From Corallococcus coralloides DSM 2259 (GTDB taxonomy: Bacteria; Myxococcota; Myxococcia; Myxococcales; Myxococcaceae), in contig NC_017030.1 of NCBI RefSeq assembly GCF_000255295.1, forward strand, positions 6,038,328 through 6,102,327: 64,000 bases of DNA. Direction: 5' to 3'. Each line of letters opens with the position of its first letter. The first letter of the stretch is position 1. Both the position numbers and the translations under genes were made by a program. Shown here one piece after another: positions 17,602 to 27,873 of the stretch. The notes below the pieces were generated by a model that saw only the letters and a list, made by a program, of their open reading frames with translations, was not told the origin of the DNA and searched no databases.

Positions 17602-20600
17602 ATGCGGTCACAACGCGCTGTCTGGAGCAGGCTCCTGTTGTTCGCCGCGAGCCTGGGCCTTCTGTCCTGCGGCGGGAACGAGCGCCCGGCGGCATCCGCG
17701 GGCATCCGCACCAAGCACGCCCGTCTCGCGACGGCGCCGGCCTGGTACGACACCGCCTCCATGGCGACGGCGCGCGCGCAACACGCGGCCGTCCTGCTCC
17801 CCGACGGGAGGCTGCTCGTCGTCAATGGCGTCAATGACAACCCCGGCTTCGTGGGCGCAGCGGAGACCTACGATCCCGCCACCAACACGTGGAGCTCCGC
17901 GGGCCCCACCAGCCTCACGGGCAACATCACCCTGGCCGTGCTCCTGCCCACGGGCCGGGTGCTGGTGCTGACCGATGGTTCGCAGGGGGGACGCCTCTAT
18001 GATCCCGCCACCAACGCCTGGTCCGCCACGGGCAACATGTCCTCGACCCGCTCCATCCCCACGGCCACGCTGTTGGCCACGGGACAGGTCCTGATCGCGG
18101 GCGGCACCGGCGGTGGCGGCGTCCGGCTCACCACCGCGGAGCTCTACGACCCCGCGACCAACACCTTCCTTCCCACCGGGGCGATGCTCCAGGGACGGAA
18201 CGCGCACCTCGCCACGCGGCTGCGCGACGGACGCGTGCTCGCGGTGAGCGGCTTCAGCGGGTCCGGCGAGGTGGCCGGCGCCGACATCTACGCTCCCGCG
18301 ACCGGGACCTGGTCCGCCGCCGCGCCCCCGCTGGTCCCCCGTCACTACGCCACGAGCACCCTGCTCCCCAACGGCCGCGTGCTCGTCGCGGGCGGCTTCA
18401 CCACGGGCGGTGTCACGCCCCAGTCGGAGCTCTACGACCCGGTGGCCAACACCTGGACCGCCACGGGCAGCCTCGCGTTCCCGCGCTCCGGCCACATGGC
18501 CACGCTGCTGCCCGACGGGCGCGTCCTCGTCACCGGGGGTTCCCCCTCCAACGGAGCAGCGGCGCAGATCGAATCGGAAATCTACGATCCCGCCACCGGC
18601 ACCTGGACCTCCGCGGGCACGATGAACGTCGCCCGCGAGAACCACACCGCGACGCTGCTGCCCACGGGCAAGGTGTTCGTCGCGGGCGGCTACTCCAGGA
18701 CCCCCGGCACGACCTTCTACGCGGAGACGGAGGTCTACGACCCCGCCAGGAGCCAGTGGTCCCCGGCCGGCGCCATGGGCACGCCCCGGACGGATCCCGC
18801 GGTGGCGCTGCTGCCCTCGGGGCAGGTGCTCGTCGCGGGAGGCCGTGAGGTCGGCGCCTCCTCGACGGCGGTGGAAGTGTATGACCGGGCGAGCAACAGC
18901 TGGAGCGCCGCGCCCGCGCTCGCCGAGCGGCGCGAGCGCGCGACCGCGACCGTCCTTCGCTCCGGCCAGGTGCTGGTCGCCGGCGGACGCGACGGGAACG
19001 ACTCGACGGAGAGCGCGCAGCGCTTCGATCCCGCCACCAACACCTGGCTGGCCACCGCGGCCCTGCCGAGCCCGCGCCACCTGCACACCGCCACGCTCCT
19101 GCCGGATGGCCGGGTGCTCGTCGTCGGCGGTCAGCGCAACACCACCGTGCTGGACACCGTGGAGATCTACTCGCCCGACACGGATACCTGGACCTCCGGG
19201 GCCCCGCTCGCCTCGCCGCGCGGCGGGCACCGCGCAGTGCTGCTCCAGGACGGCCGGGTGCTCGTCGCGGGCGGCCACACGGGCGGCGGCGCGGAGCTGA
19301 ACTCGGCGGAGCTCTACGACCCCACCAGCAACACCTGGGCCCCGGCGGCGAACCTCCTGGGCGCCCGCGACGAACTGACGCTGACGCTCCTGCCGTCGGG
19401 TCAGGTGCTCGCGGCTGGCGGCCTCGCGGCCTTCACGAAGCTCACGTCCGCGGAGCTCTACACGCCCGGCACCAACACCTGGACGTCCGTGGGTGCGCTC
19501 TCGCAGGCGCGCTGGATCCACTCCGCCACGCTGATGCCTTCCGGCAAGGTGCTGGTCGCGGGCGGTATCACCACGACCGACGCCTACGCCAACACGGCGG
19601 AGGTCTACGACCCCAGCCTCCGCGAGTGGACCAACGTCGAGGACCCCGCCGCGGCGGGAGGCCTGATCACCGTCGCCCTGCCCTCGGGCGAGGTCCTGCT
19701 GGCGGGGGGGCAGGAGCCCACCAACGCGCAGCTGTTTGACGACACCCGGGCCCTTCCCGCCTGGAAGCCGACGGTGACGAACCCGGCGACCCTCGTCGCC
19801 GCCTGCCCCACCGTCGTGGAGGGCCTGCGGTTCCGGGGCATCTCCGGCGGAAGCGGCGGCAACTCCGCGGACTCGCCCACGGACTTCCCCCTGGTGCGCC
19901 TGCGGGCCGCCGAGGGTGGGCGCCTCTGGACGCTCCCCAGCAGCAACACCTCGGACACCCGCGCGACGGTGACCGTGCCCGCCGACGCGCCGCTGGGCAC
20001 CTACGCGCTCTCCGTCTTCGCCAACGCCATCCCCGGCGGTCGCATGGTGACGGTCGTCGCCAACCAGCCTCCGGCGGCGGCGGACCAGACGGTCACCATC
20101 GAGAAGGACACGCCGCTGGAGTTCGCCCTGTCCGGCACGGATCCGGACCCCGGCCAGGTGTTGACCTGGACGGTCGTCACCCCGCCGCAGCACGGCACGA
20201 TCACCACCGGAGCGCAGGGGAACCCCGTGTACACGCCCGAGCCCGGCTTCGTGGGCACGGACAGCTTCACCTACCGCGTCCGTGACTGCGCCAACGACAG
20301 CAACGTCGCGACCGTGACCCTCGACGTGACGGAGGACGTGGTCACCCGCACCCTCACCTGCCCCGCGAACGTCGTCGCGGAGGCGACGGGTCCGGACGGC
20401 GCCGTCGTGACGTACGACCCCGCGGTCCTGGATCCGGCGGGAGGCCTCCCGGTGAGCTACACGCAGCCGTCGGGCACGCAGTTCCCGATTGGCACCACGA
20501 CGGTCACCGCGACCTCCACCGGCGTCACCTGTTCGTTCCAGGTGACGGTGCAGGACACCACGGCGCCCACGCTGACCTGCCCCGAGTCCCGGAGCGCGGC

Positions 20601-20910
20601 CCCTGGCGAGACGGTCACGTTCGAGCCCACGGCCACGGACGCGGTGACGGCCTCTCCGGGGGTGACGTCCTCCCCCGCGTCCGGCACCGCCTTCCCGGCG
20701 GGCGCCACGACGGTCACCGTCACCGCCACGGATGACGCGGGCAACACCGCGCAGTGCACGTTCCAGGTCCGGGTCCAGGCGCAGGTCGTGGAGATCGCCG
20801 GCGGAGGCTGCGACAGCTCCGGTGGCACCACGTCCGCGCTGGCCCTCCTCGCCGCGCTCGCGGCCTGGGGGAACTCACGCCGCCGTCAGAACCCGGCCCG
20901 GGGGAACTGA
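17602..20910 (+). CDS. Kelch-repeat lipoprotein (about 13-17 Kelch motifs, galactose-oxidase-like beta-propellers) with C-terminal HYR/Ig-like domains and MYXO-CTERM sorting tail
   Basis: ATG at 17602, lipobox LLSCGG. The unit ELYDPATNTWS...R..HTATLLPDGRVLVAGG repeats every ~50 aa. The C-terminus GGGCDSSGGTTSALALLAALAAWGNSRRRQ fits the MYXO-CTERM pattern: Cys, a hydrophobic stretch, then an Arg-rich tail. Confidence 0.85.
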   Translation: MRSQRAVWSRLLLFAASLGLLSCGGNERPAASAGIRTKHARLATAPAWYDTASMATARAQHAAVLLPDGRLLVVNGVNDNPGFVGAAETYDPATNTWSSAGPTSLTGNITLAVLLPTGRVLVLTDGSQGGRLYDPATNAWSATGNMSSTRSIPTATLLATGQVLIAGGTGGGGVRLTTAELYDPATNTFLPTGAMLQGRNAHLATRLRDGRVLAVSGFSGSGEVAGADIYAPATGTWSAAAPPLVPRHYATSTLLPNGRVLVAGGFTTGGVTPQSELYDPVANTWTATGSLAFPRSGHMATLLPDGRVLVTGGSPSNGAAAQIESEIYDPATGTWTSAGTMNVARENHTATLLPTGKVFVAGGYSRTPGTTFYAETEVYDPARSQWSPAGAMGTPRTDPAVALLPSGQVLVAGGREVGASSTAVEVYDRASNSWSAAPALAERRERATATVLRSGQVLVAGGRDGNDSTESAQRFDPATNTWLATAALPSPRHLHTATLLPDGRVLVVGGQRNTTVLDTVEIYSPDTDTWTSGAPLASPRGGHRAVLLQDGRVLVAGGHTGGGAELNSAELYDPTSNTWAPAANLLGARDELTLTLLPSGQVLAAGGLAAFTKLTSAELYTPGTNTWTSVGALSQARWIHSATLMPSGKVLVAGGITTTDAYANTAEVYDPSLREWTNVEDPAAAGGLITVALPSGEVLLAGGQEPTNAQLFDDTRALPAWKPTVTNPATLVAACPTVVEGLRFRGISGGSGGNSADSPTDFPLVRLRAAEGGRLWTLPSSNTSDTRATVTVPADAPLGTYALSVFANAIPGGRMVTVVANQPPAAADQTVTIEKDTPLEFALSGTDPDPGQVLTWTVVTPPQHGTITTGAQGNPVYTPEPGFVGTDSFTYRVRDCANDSNVATVTLDVTEDVVTRTLTCPANVVAEATGPDGAVVTYDPAVLDPAGGLPVSYTQPSGTQFPIGTTTVTATSTGVTCSFQVTVQDTTAPTLTCPESRSAAPGETVTFEPTATDAVTASPGVTSSPASGTAFPAGATTVTVTATDDAGNTAQCTFQVRVQAQVVEIAGGGCDSSGGTTSALALLAALAAWGNSRRRQNPARGN

Positions 20911-20913
20911 GAC

Positions 20914-22653
20914 ATGCGCTCCCTCTTTTCTCGAATGGATCTCCCCTTGCGTATGAAGGCAAAGAGCTGGGCGCTGGCCGCGCTGCTGGCCACCGCCGTC
21001 ACCCCCGCCGCGTTCGCGCAGACCACCACGAGCCCGCTGAGGCCGCTTGACCTGGAGCGCCTGCGCTTCACGCCAGCGGCGACGGACTCGATGCTGGTGG
21101 ACACCGGCCGCGTGCTCCCCGAGGGCGGCTACCGCCTGCTCCTCATGGTCAACTACGAGCGCGGCATCCTCCTGCTCCAGGGCAGCGACGGACTGGAGCG
21201 CTCCATCCTCCACTACCGCACCGCGGGCTGGCTGGCCGGCGCGTGGTCGCCGGTGGACCGGTTGGAGTTCTCCGCGAAGCTGCCCGTCATCATCGCGCAG
21301 GGCGGCCACGGCGCGGAGCAGCTGGTGGGCGTGAGCGAGCCGGACTCGTTCGGCCTGGGCACGCCGGAGCTGGGCGTGCGCTACGAGCTGCTGCGGCGCG
21401 AGGAAGGCGCGCCGGTGTTCCTGGGCCTGGGATTGGACATCGGGATTCCGGGAGGCACGGCGGACGCGTTCGGCCGTCAGGCGGGCTGGGCCGGGTTCCA
21501 GTTCGCGCCCCGCGTGTCGGTGAGCCGTGAGCTGGGCCCCGTGGTGCTGGGCGCCAACGCGGGCATCCGGATCCGCTCGAAGGAAGTCGAGCCCGGCCGC
21601 GACGTGGGCACGGAGCTGGAGCAGGGAGTGGTGGTGGCCACGCGCGGCAAGGGCCTTCGCGCCGAAATCGCGCTGCAGGCCGCCGAGTCGCTCGTGGAGT
21701 CGGACTTCGCGCTGGAGCTGCTGGGCGGCGTGCGGCTGCCGGTGGGCGCGGGCTTCGAGGCGTTCGCGATTGGCGGGCACGGCTTCACGGACATTCCGGG
21801 CACGCCGTCGTTCCGGTTGGGCGCGGGCATCGCGTACGCGAACGAGCCCGAGCCCGTGGACCGCTGCCGCACCGGCCGCAGCCACACGCCGGAGCAGTGC
21901 CCGAACGAGGACGACGACGGCGACGGCGTGGCGAACAAGGATGACCGCTGCCCGCTGGAGTCCGGCTCCGTGGAGAACAACGGCTGCCCGGACAAGGACT
22001 CGGACGGCGACGGCGTGGTGGACCGCGAGGATCAGTGCCCGAACGAGGCCGGTCCCTCGTCCGAGCGCGGCTGCCCCGCGAAGGACTCGGATGGCGACGG
22101 CGTGCCGGACAAGGACGATGCCTGCCCGAACGAGGCCGGTCCCTCGTCCGAGCGTGGCTGCCCCGTGAAGGACACGGATGGCGACGGCGTGCCGGACAAG
22201 GACGATGCCTGCCCGAACGAGGCCGGTCCCTCGTCCGAGCGTGGCTGCCCCGTGAAGGAACAGCCCAAGCCCGAGCCGACTCCCGAGGAGAAGCCCGCGG
22301 AGGAGACGACGTCGCCGCTGGGCCACATCGTCCAGTTCCCGGTGAACCAGTCGGAGTTCCAGGAGAACGAGCAGCGGCAGCTGGATGCCATCGTGGCCTA
22401 CCTGAAGGCGAACCCGAAGCTGAACGTCCGGATTGAAGGCCACACGGACAACAGCGGTCCGGAGGAGGCCAACCGCACGCTGAGCCAGCAGCGCGCGAAC
22501 CGCGTGCGCGCGTACCTCATCCAGCAGGGCATCGCGGGCTCGCGGCTGGAGGCGAAGGGCTTCGGCCCCGACCGTCCGCGCGTGTCCAACGAGACGCCGG
22601 AAGGCCGCAGCGCGAACCGCCGCGTGGAGTTCGTCCCCGTCACGGGGAGCTGA
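20914..22653 (+). CDS. OmpA-family outer membrane protein with thrombospondin type-3 (TSP3) calcium-binding repeats
   Basis: There is a signal peptide (MKAKSWALAALLATAVTPAAFAQ, which may be the true start at 20953). Repeated DxDxDGVxDxxDxCP motifs follow. The C-terminal OmpA domain is NVRIEGHTDNSGPEEANRTLSQQRANRVRAYL. Confidence 0.85.
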   Translation: MRSLFSRMDLPLRMKAKSWALAALLATAVTPAAFAQTTTSPLRPLDLERLRFTPAATDSMLVDTGRVLPEGGYRLLLMVNYERGILLLQGSDGLERSILHYRTAGWLAGAWSPVDRLEFSAKLPVIIAQGGHGAEQLVGVSEPDSFGLGTPELGVRYELLRREEGAPVFLGLGLDIGIPGGTADAFGRQAGWAGFQFAPRVSVSRELGPVVLGANAGIRIRSKEVEPGRDVGTELEQGVVVATRGKGLRAEIALQAAESLVESDFALELLGGVRLPVGAGFEAFAIGGHGFTDIPGTPSFRLGAGIAYANEPEPVDRCRTGRSHTPEQCPNEDDDGDGVANKDDRCPLESGSVENNGCPDKDSDGDGVVDREDQCPNEAGPSSERGCPAKDSDGDGVPDKDDACPNEAGPSSERGCPVKDTDGDGVPDKDDACPNEAGPSSERGCPVKEQPKPEPTPEEKPAEETTSPLGHIVQFPVNQSEFQENEQRQLDAIVAYLKANPKLNVRIEGHTDNSGPEEANRTLSQQRANRVRAYLIQQGIAGSRLEAKGFGPDRPRVSNETPEGRSANRRVEFVPVTGS

Positions 22654-22677
22654 CTCCCGCGGGTCTCAACGTGACGC

Positions 22678-22701
22678 CGCTTCGTGGACATCCACGAAGC
22701 G
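22678..22701. terminator. Hairpin between the convergent OmpA-family and HAD genes (candidate bidirectional terminator)
   Basis: cgcttcgtgg acat ccacgaagcg forms a 10-bp perfect stem with a 4-nt loop. Confidence 0.4.
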
Positions 22702-22742
22702 GCGCACGGTAGGTCCCAGCACCTCGAAGGATGGCGCGGGCG

Positions 22743-23516
22743 TCAGGCCTCTTCGGGGTGCAGCTGTACCAGCGCGGGAAGCTCCGCCGCACGGTCGCGC
22801 AGCCGCGCCTTGGGCCGGATGGCCACCGGGACGCGAGAGGCCGCGAGCAACTCCAGATCGAACACGTTGTCGCCGAACGCCGCGTAGAGCGGCCGGTTCG
22901 TCCTCTCCCTCAGGCTGTTCACCTTGCCGGGGCCGTAGGGCACGGGCTCGAAGACGGACGTCAGCAGCCGTCCGCCCTCCTCCTTCGGCGTGCACGCCAC
23001 CACGAAGTCGGGCGTGATGCCCACCTCGCGCACCGCGGCCTCCACCACCGCGCGCGGCGACGCACTGACCACGTAGCAGTCCACGCCCTGCCCCCGGGCC
23101 CACTCCACCACGCGGCGGGCCTCCGGATGGACGCGGCCGGCCACGCCCCGCCGCGCCACCACGTCGAGCGCGAAGCCGCGCAGCTCCTCCGCGTGCCAGC
23201 CGGCGAAGATCCACGCCATCATCTCGTAGGTGTCCTTCTCCGGCAGCCGCCCGGCCTCGAACGCCTTGAACAGCGCGTGCGCCAGCGTCACCGCATCCGG
23301 ATGCGCTTCCACGCCATGGCGGGCCCCCAGCCGCTCCAGCGCCGCGCGGGCCTCGGGGCGCACGCCGCCATGCTCCAGCAGGGCCATGAACAGGTCATCC
23401 CCCACGTCCCCGCTCCACAGCGTGCCGTCCCCATCGAAGGCCAGCACGCCGTCCGGCGTCCGCTCCACCTCGCGACGGATGCGCTCCAGCGTCTCCTCGA
23501 CCCGCTCAGTCCTCAT
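22743..23516 (-). CDS. HAD-family hydrolase (HAD-IB / phosphoserine-phosphatase-like)
   Basis: The FDGDGTLWSGDVGDD motif is HAD motif I (DxDxT). The start was chosen at the ATG at 23514-23516 (MRTERVEE). In-frame alternatives lie at 23525 and 23540. Confidence 0.75.
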   Translation of the reverse strand: MRTERVEETLERIRREVERTPDGVLAFDGDGTLWSGDVGDDLFMALLEHGGVRPEARAALERLGARHGVEAHPDAVTLAHALFKAFEAGRLPEKDTYEMMAWIFAGWHAEELRGFALDVVARRGVAGRVHPEARRVVEWARGQGVDCYVVSASPRAVVEAAVREVGITPDFVVACTPKEEGGRLLTSVFEPVPYGPGKVNSLRERTNRPLYAAFGDNVFDLELLAASRVPVAIRPKARLRDRAAELPALVQLHPEEA

Positions 23517-23602
23517 GGCCGGCATCCTCGCTGGCCGCACCGTCCGGTGTCACCCGCGTCCGCGACGCCAGGACGCGGGCTGTTCACCATTCCAGGGAAT
23601 GG

Positions 23603-24202
23603 ATGAGTACCCTCCCGAGCATGGCACGAACGGAGAAAGAGAAGATGCTCGCGGGCGAGCTGTACGTCGCCACCGACCCGCAGCTGACGGCCGAGCGGGT
23701 CCGCGCCCGCAGGCTGCTGCGCACCTACAACCAGTCCACCGAGGACGAGCTGACGCTGCGTGAGAGCCTGCTCGCCGAGCTTCTGGGCAAGGTGGGCGCC
23801 GGAACGTGGATCGAGCCGCCCTTCCTCTGCGATTACGGCGAGCACATCCGGCTGGGCGAGCGCGTCTTCATGAACTTCCAGTGCGTCATCCTGGACTGCA
23901 ACCCGGTGACGATTGGCGACGACGTGTCCTTCGGTCCGGGCGTGCAGGTGTACGCGGCCACGCATCCCCTGGACCCGGATGAACGCATCAAGGGTCCTGA
24001 GCTGGGCCGCCCCGTCACCATCGGTTCGAAGGTGTGGATTGGAGGCGGCTCCATCATCTGCCCGGGCGTCACCATCGGCGAGGGCTCCACCATTGGCGCG
24101 GGCAGCGTGGTGACGCGGGACATCCCGCCGTACGTCTTCGCCGCCGGCAATCCCTGTCGCGTCATCCGGAACCTCAGCCCACCGCCTGGTGGGTCTCGGT
24201 GA
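23603..24202 (+). CDS. maa: Maltose/galactoside O-acetyltransferase (left-handed beta-helix hexapeptide family)
   Basis: The N-terminus EKEKMLAGELY, the body GERVFMNFQCVILDCNPVTIGDDVSFGPGVQVYAATHP, and the hexapeptide repeats are Maa/LacA signatures. An alternative start lies at 23621 (MARTEKEK). Confidence 0.85.
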   Translation: MSTLPSMARTEKEKMLAGELYVATDPQLTAERVRARRLLRTYNQSTEDELTLRESLLAELLGKVGAGTWIEPPFLCDYGEHIRLGERVFMNFQCVILDCNPVTIGDDVSFGPGVQVYAATHPLDPDERIKGPELGRPVTIGSKVWIGGGSIICPGVTIGEGSTIGAGSVVTRDIPPYVFAAGNPCRVIRNLSPPPGGSR

Positions 24203-24926
24203 CGCCCTGGTACCCGTAGAGGCCGCTGTCGTACGGGGTGATGGCGTCGTCGGCCTTCTTGGTGCAGGCCGCGGCGGTGGGGTCGAAGGCCTGGAACTGG
24301 CCCTTGTCGTCCTTGAACTCCACCCACGCATGGAGGCCCCGGTCCGTATTGCCGAAGACGACGCGCGCGTCCACGCCGGCCTGCTCGAAGCGCTGCTCGG
24401 CCTCGATGGCCATGTCCACGCAGACGCCGGACTTGGACGCGTCGAAGGTGCTGGCGTTCTTCATGGCGGCATCCCACGACTTGCCGCCCGAGTAGTCGTA
24501 CTTCCAGGACGTGGCCTCCTTCGCGATGTCCTGGGCCACCTGGTCCGCGCTCTTGCCGGAGGACGGGCCCTTCGCGCCCTGAGCCTGCGCGGGAGCCGGG
24601 GCCGGAGCGGGCTGGGGCTTCTGGGCCTGGGCCCTGGACGGCTCGAAGCTGTCGCGGTTCCTGTTCTGCTGGAAGCTCTGTGCGCCGGTGGGCTTCGGGC
24701 CCTGGGCCTTCGCGCCCTCGCCCTTCAGCAGGGCCTCCTTCGTCAGGCCCAGCTCCTTCAGCAGCTTGGCGAACTCCTGGGGCTGCTTCGCGGAGTCCAC
24801 CGTCTTCACCGGCTTGCCATCCGGGGTGACGACCTTCACCACGACATTCCGCGGGGCCTGCGCGGCTTCGGGGGAAGGTTTCGCGCACGGGCGCGAGGAC
24901 GGACGCGAGAGGGAGGAGATCGCCAT
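24174..24926 (-). CDS. Transglutaminase-like cysteine-protease-fold protein with low-complexity Ala/Pro/Gln-rich N-terminal half
   Basis: The C-terminal region has GVCVDMAIEAEQRF...GLHAWVEF...D, which is the Cys-His-Asp arrangement of the transglutaminase core. Confidence 0.55.
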   Translation of the reverse strand: MAISSLSRPSSRPCAKPSPEAAQAPRNVVVKVVTPDGKPVKTVDSAKQPQEFAKLLKELGLTKEALLKGEGAKAQGPKPTGAQSFQQNRNRDSFEPSRAQAQKPQPAPAPAPAQAQGAKGPSSGKSADQVAQDIAKEATSWKYDYSGGKSWDAAMKNASTFDASKSGVCVDMAIEAEQRFEQAGVDARVVFGNTDRGLHAWVEFKDDKGQFQAFDPTAAACTKKADDAITPYDSGLYGYQGVTETHQAVG

Positions 24927-25105
24927 GGGACAGGGCCTCGAAGAAGCAGCGGGGATGCCTGTCCCATGAGCACGGCGTGTGCCAGCGCTCGTGCTTCATG
25001 GGGTGAACGCCAAACCCCTGTGTTTCCAGGGCACGTGGGCCTGGCCTCGTCAGCGAAGGCCCTCGCCACTGATGACAGCCGTTGGCGGAGTGATGTCCGG
25101 CGTCA

Positions 25106-26290
25106 TCACCCCGCGGACTCGGAGGCGCCCTCGGGCTCTGGCTCCTCCGGGCCCTCCACGGTGCGCTCCAGTGTCCGAGCGAGCGCGGCCCGCGCCTCCG
25201 CGGCCCCCTCGAAGGGCTCATCGCTCCCGGCCCGCGCCGGAGGAGGCACCGTCGCATCCAGTTCGTCCGGGTGCAGGCGGAACCACTTCGCGACGAGCAT
25301 CACCTCCTGGGCCTCCTGCGCGCGGAGGCCAATCGCCTCCGGCTCCGGCACGTCGAAGATGTCCCGCACGCGCGCGTCCAGCGCCGCCTGCTCCTCCGGC
25401 GTCCGGGGCGTGGGCACCTCCGCGCGGATCCGTCCCCGCCGCAGCACGTACGTGCGGTCCTCCCCGCCGTGCCCGCGCGCCGTGTAGATCAGCGACAGCC
25501 GCCGCAGCGTGCGCCCCAGCTCGACGATCCACGCCTGTACGTTCTCCAGCCGCTCCGCGCGATCCCGCAGCTCCGCCGCGTATTCGAACTGGAGCCGCCG
25601 CGCTGCCATCGCCATGCGCTCGCGCAGGATGACCAGCGGCCGGTCCGACTCGCCGTTGAGGAACGCCCGCGCCAGCGCGACCTGCGCCAGGTACTCCGCC
25701 GTCGTGCACCCGCTCGCGCACGGCGACAGACACCTCGCCGTCTGCCCGCGCATGCACCGCGGGTCCTCTTTCAGGGGGAAGAGCTGGATCTGATCCGCCA
25801 GCCGCATGGGCGTCTCGGACGGGCAGTCGCGCAGCTCCAGCAGGTCGTTCACCGCGCGCACCACGTCCGCCATGGTGTGCCGGCCGTGGAAGGGCCCGAA
25901 GTACTCCGCGCTTCCGCCGCCGCCGGGCTGGCCCACCACGCGCAGGCGGGGCACGGCCTCGCGCGTGAGCTGGAGGAAGCAGTGCGCGCGGTCGCGCTTG
26001 TGCTCCACGTTGTAGAGGGGCCGGTGGCTCTTGATCAGCCGGAACTCATGGAGCAGCGCCGCGAACTCGCTGGCTGTGTACTCCCACTCCACCTGGTGCG
26101 CCTGGGCGACGATCTCCCAGGCCTTCTCGCCCTCGTCCGCGCGGAAGTACGACAGGAGCCGCGTGCGCACGCGCACGGACTTGCCCACGTAGAGCAGCTC
26201 CCCAGCAGGACCGAAGAACCGGTACACGCCGGGCCGGTTCTCCGCGCTCGCGCGGACGTGACTCAGGAGGGTGGCGACGCGCGGGTCCAT
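25106..26290 (-). CDS. GIY-YIG nuclease superfamily protein (UvrC N-terminal-like / Cho-like)
   Basis: The GIY-YIG motif is GVYRFFGPAGELLYVGKSVRVRTRLLSY, followed by a conserved R...E. Confidence 0.7.
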   Translation of the reverse strand: MDPRVATLLSHVRASAENRPGVYRFFGPAGELLYVGKSVRVRTRLLSYFRADEGEKAWEIVAQAHQVEWEYTASEFAALLHEFRLIKSHRPLYNVEHKRDRAHCFLQLTREAVPRLRVVGQPGGGGSAEYFGPFHGRHTMADVVRAVNDLLELRDCPSETPMRLADQIQLFPLKEDPRCMRGQTARCLSPCASGCTTAEYLAQVALARAFLNGESDRPLVILRERMAMAARRLQFEYAAELRDRAERLENVQAWIVELGRTLRRLSLIYTARGHGGEDRTYVLRRGRIRAEVPTPRTPEEQAALDARVRDIFDVPEPEAIGLRAQEAQEVMLVAKWFRLHPDELDATVPPPARAGSDEPFEGAAEARAALARTLERTVEGPEEPEPEGASESAG

Positions 26291-26423
26291 GCGGCGAAAA
26301 GGTGCACCGGGCAGCAGGACCCGGGCACCGCAGGCTAACCCGCCACGTCTCGCCGCACCGCCGTCCGCGCGCCGCCCGTCACAACCCGGCCGGAGGGCGG
26401 GCGGAGGGCCACGCGCCCGGACT

Positions 26424-27824
<1,401 letters not shown>

Positions 27825-27873
27825 TTACCGCGCGTCTTGGGTCGCCGCGCCATTTCCGTTACAAGCCGCCGCC

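Noticed and set aside
17608-20193. 861-aa minus-strand ORF across the Kelch gene
   Set aside because: It is a repetitive Gly/Arg/Asp-rich antisense translation of the Kelch repeats.
20875-22443. 522-aa minus ORF and the repeat-driven ORFs 22035..22436 (+) / 22032..22391 (-), considered as possible CRISPR or separate genes
   Set aside because: The periodicity comes from coding TSP3 repeats (87-nt protein repeat units with no unique spacers) within a single OmpA-family gene, not from a CRISPR array.
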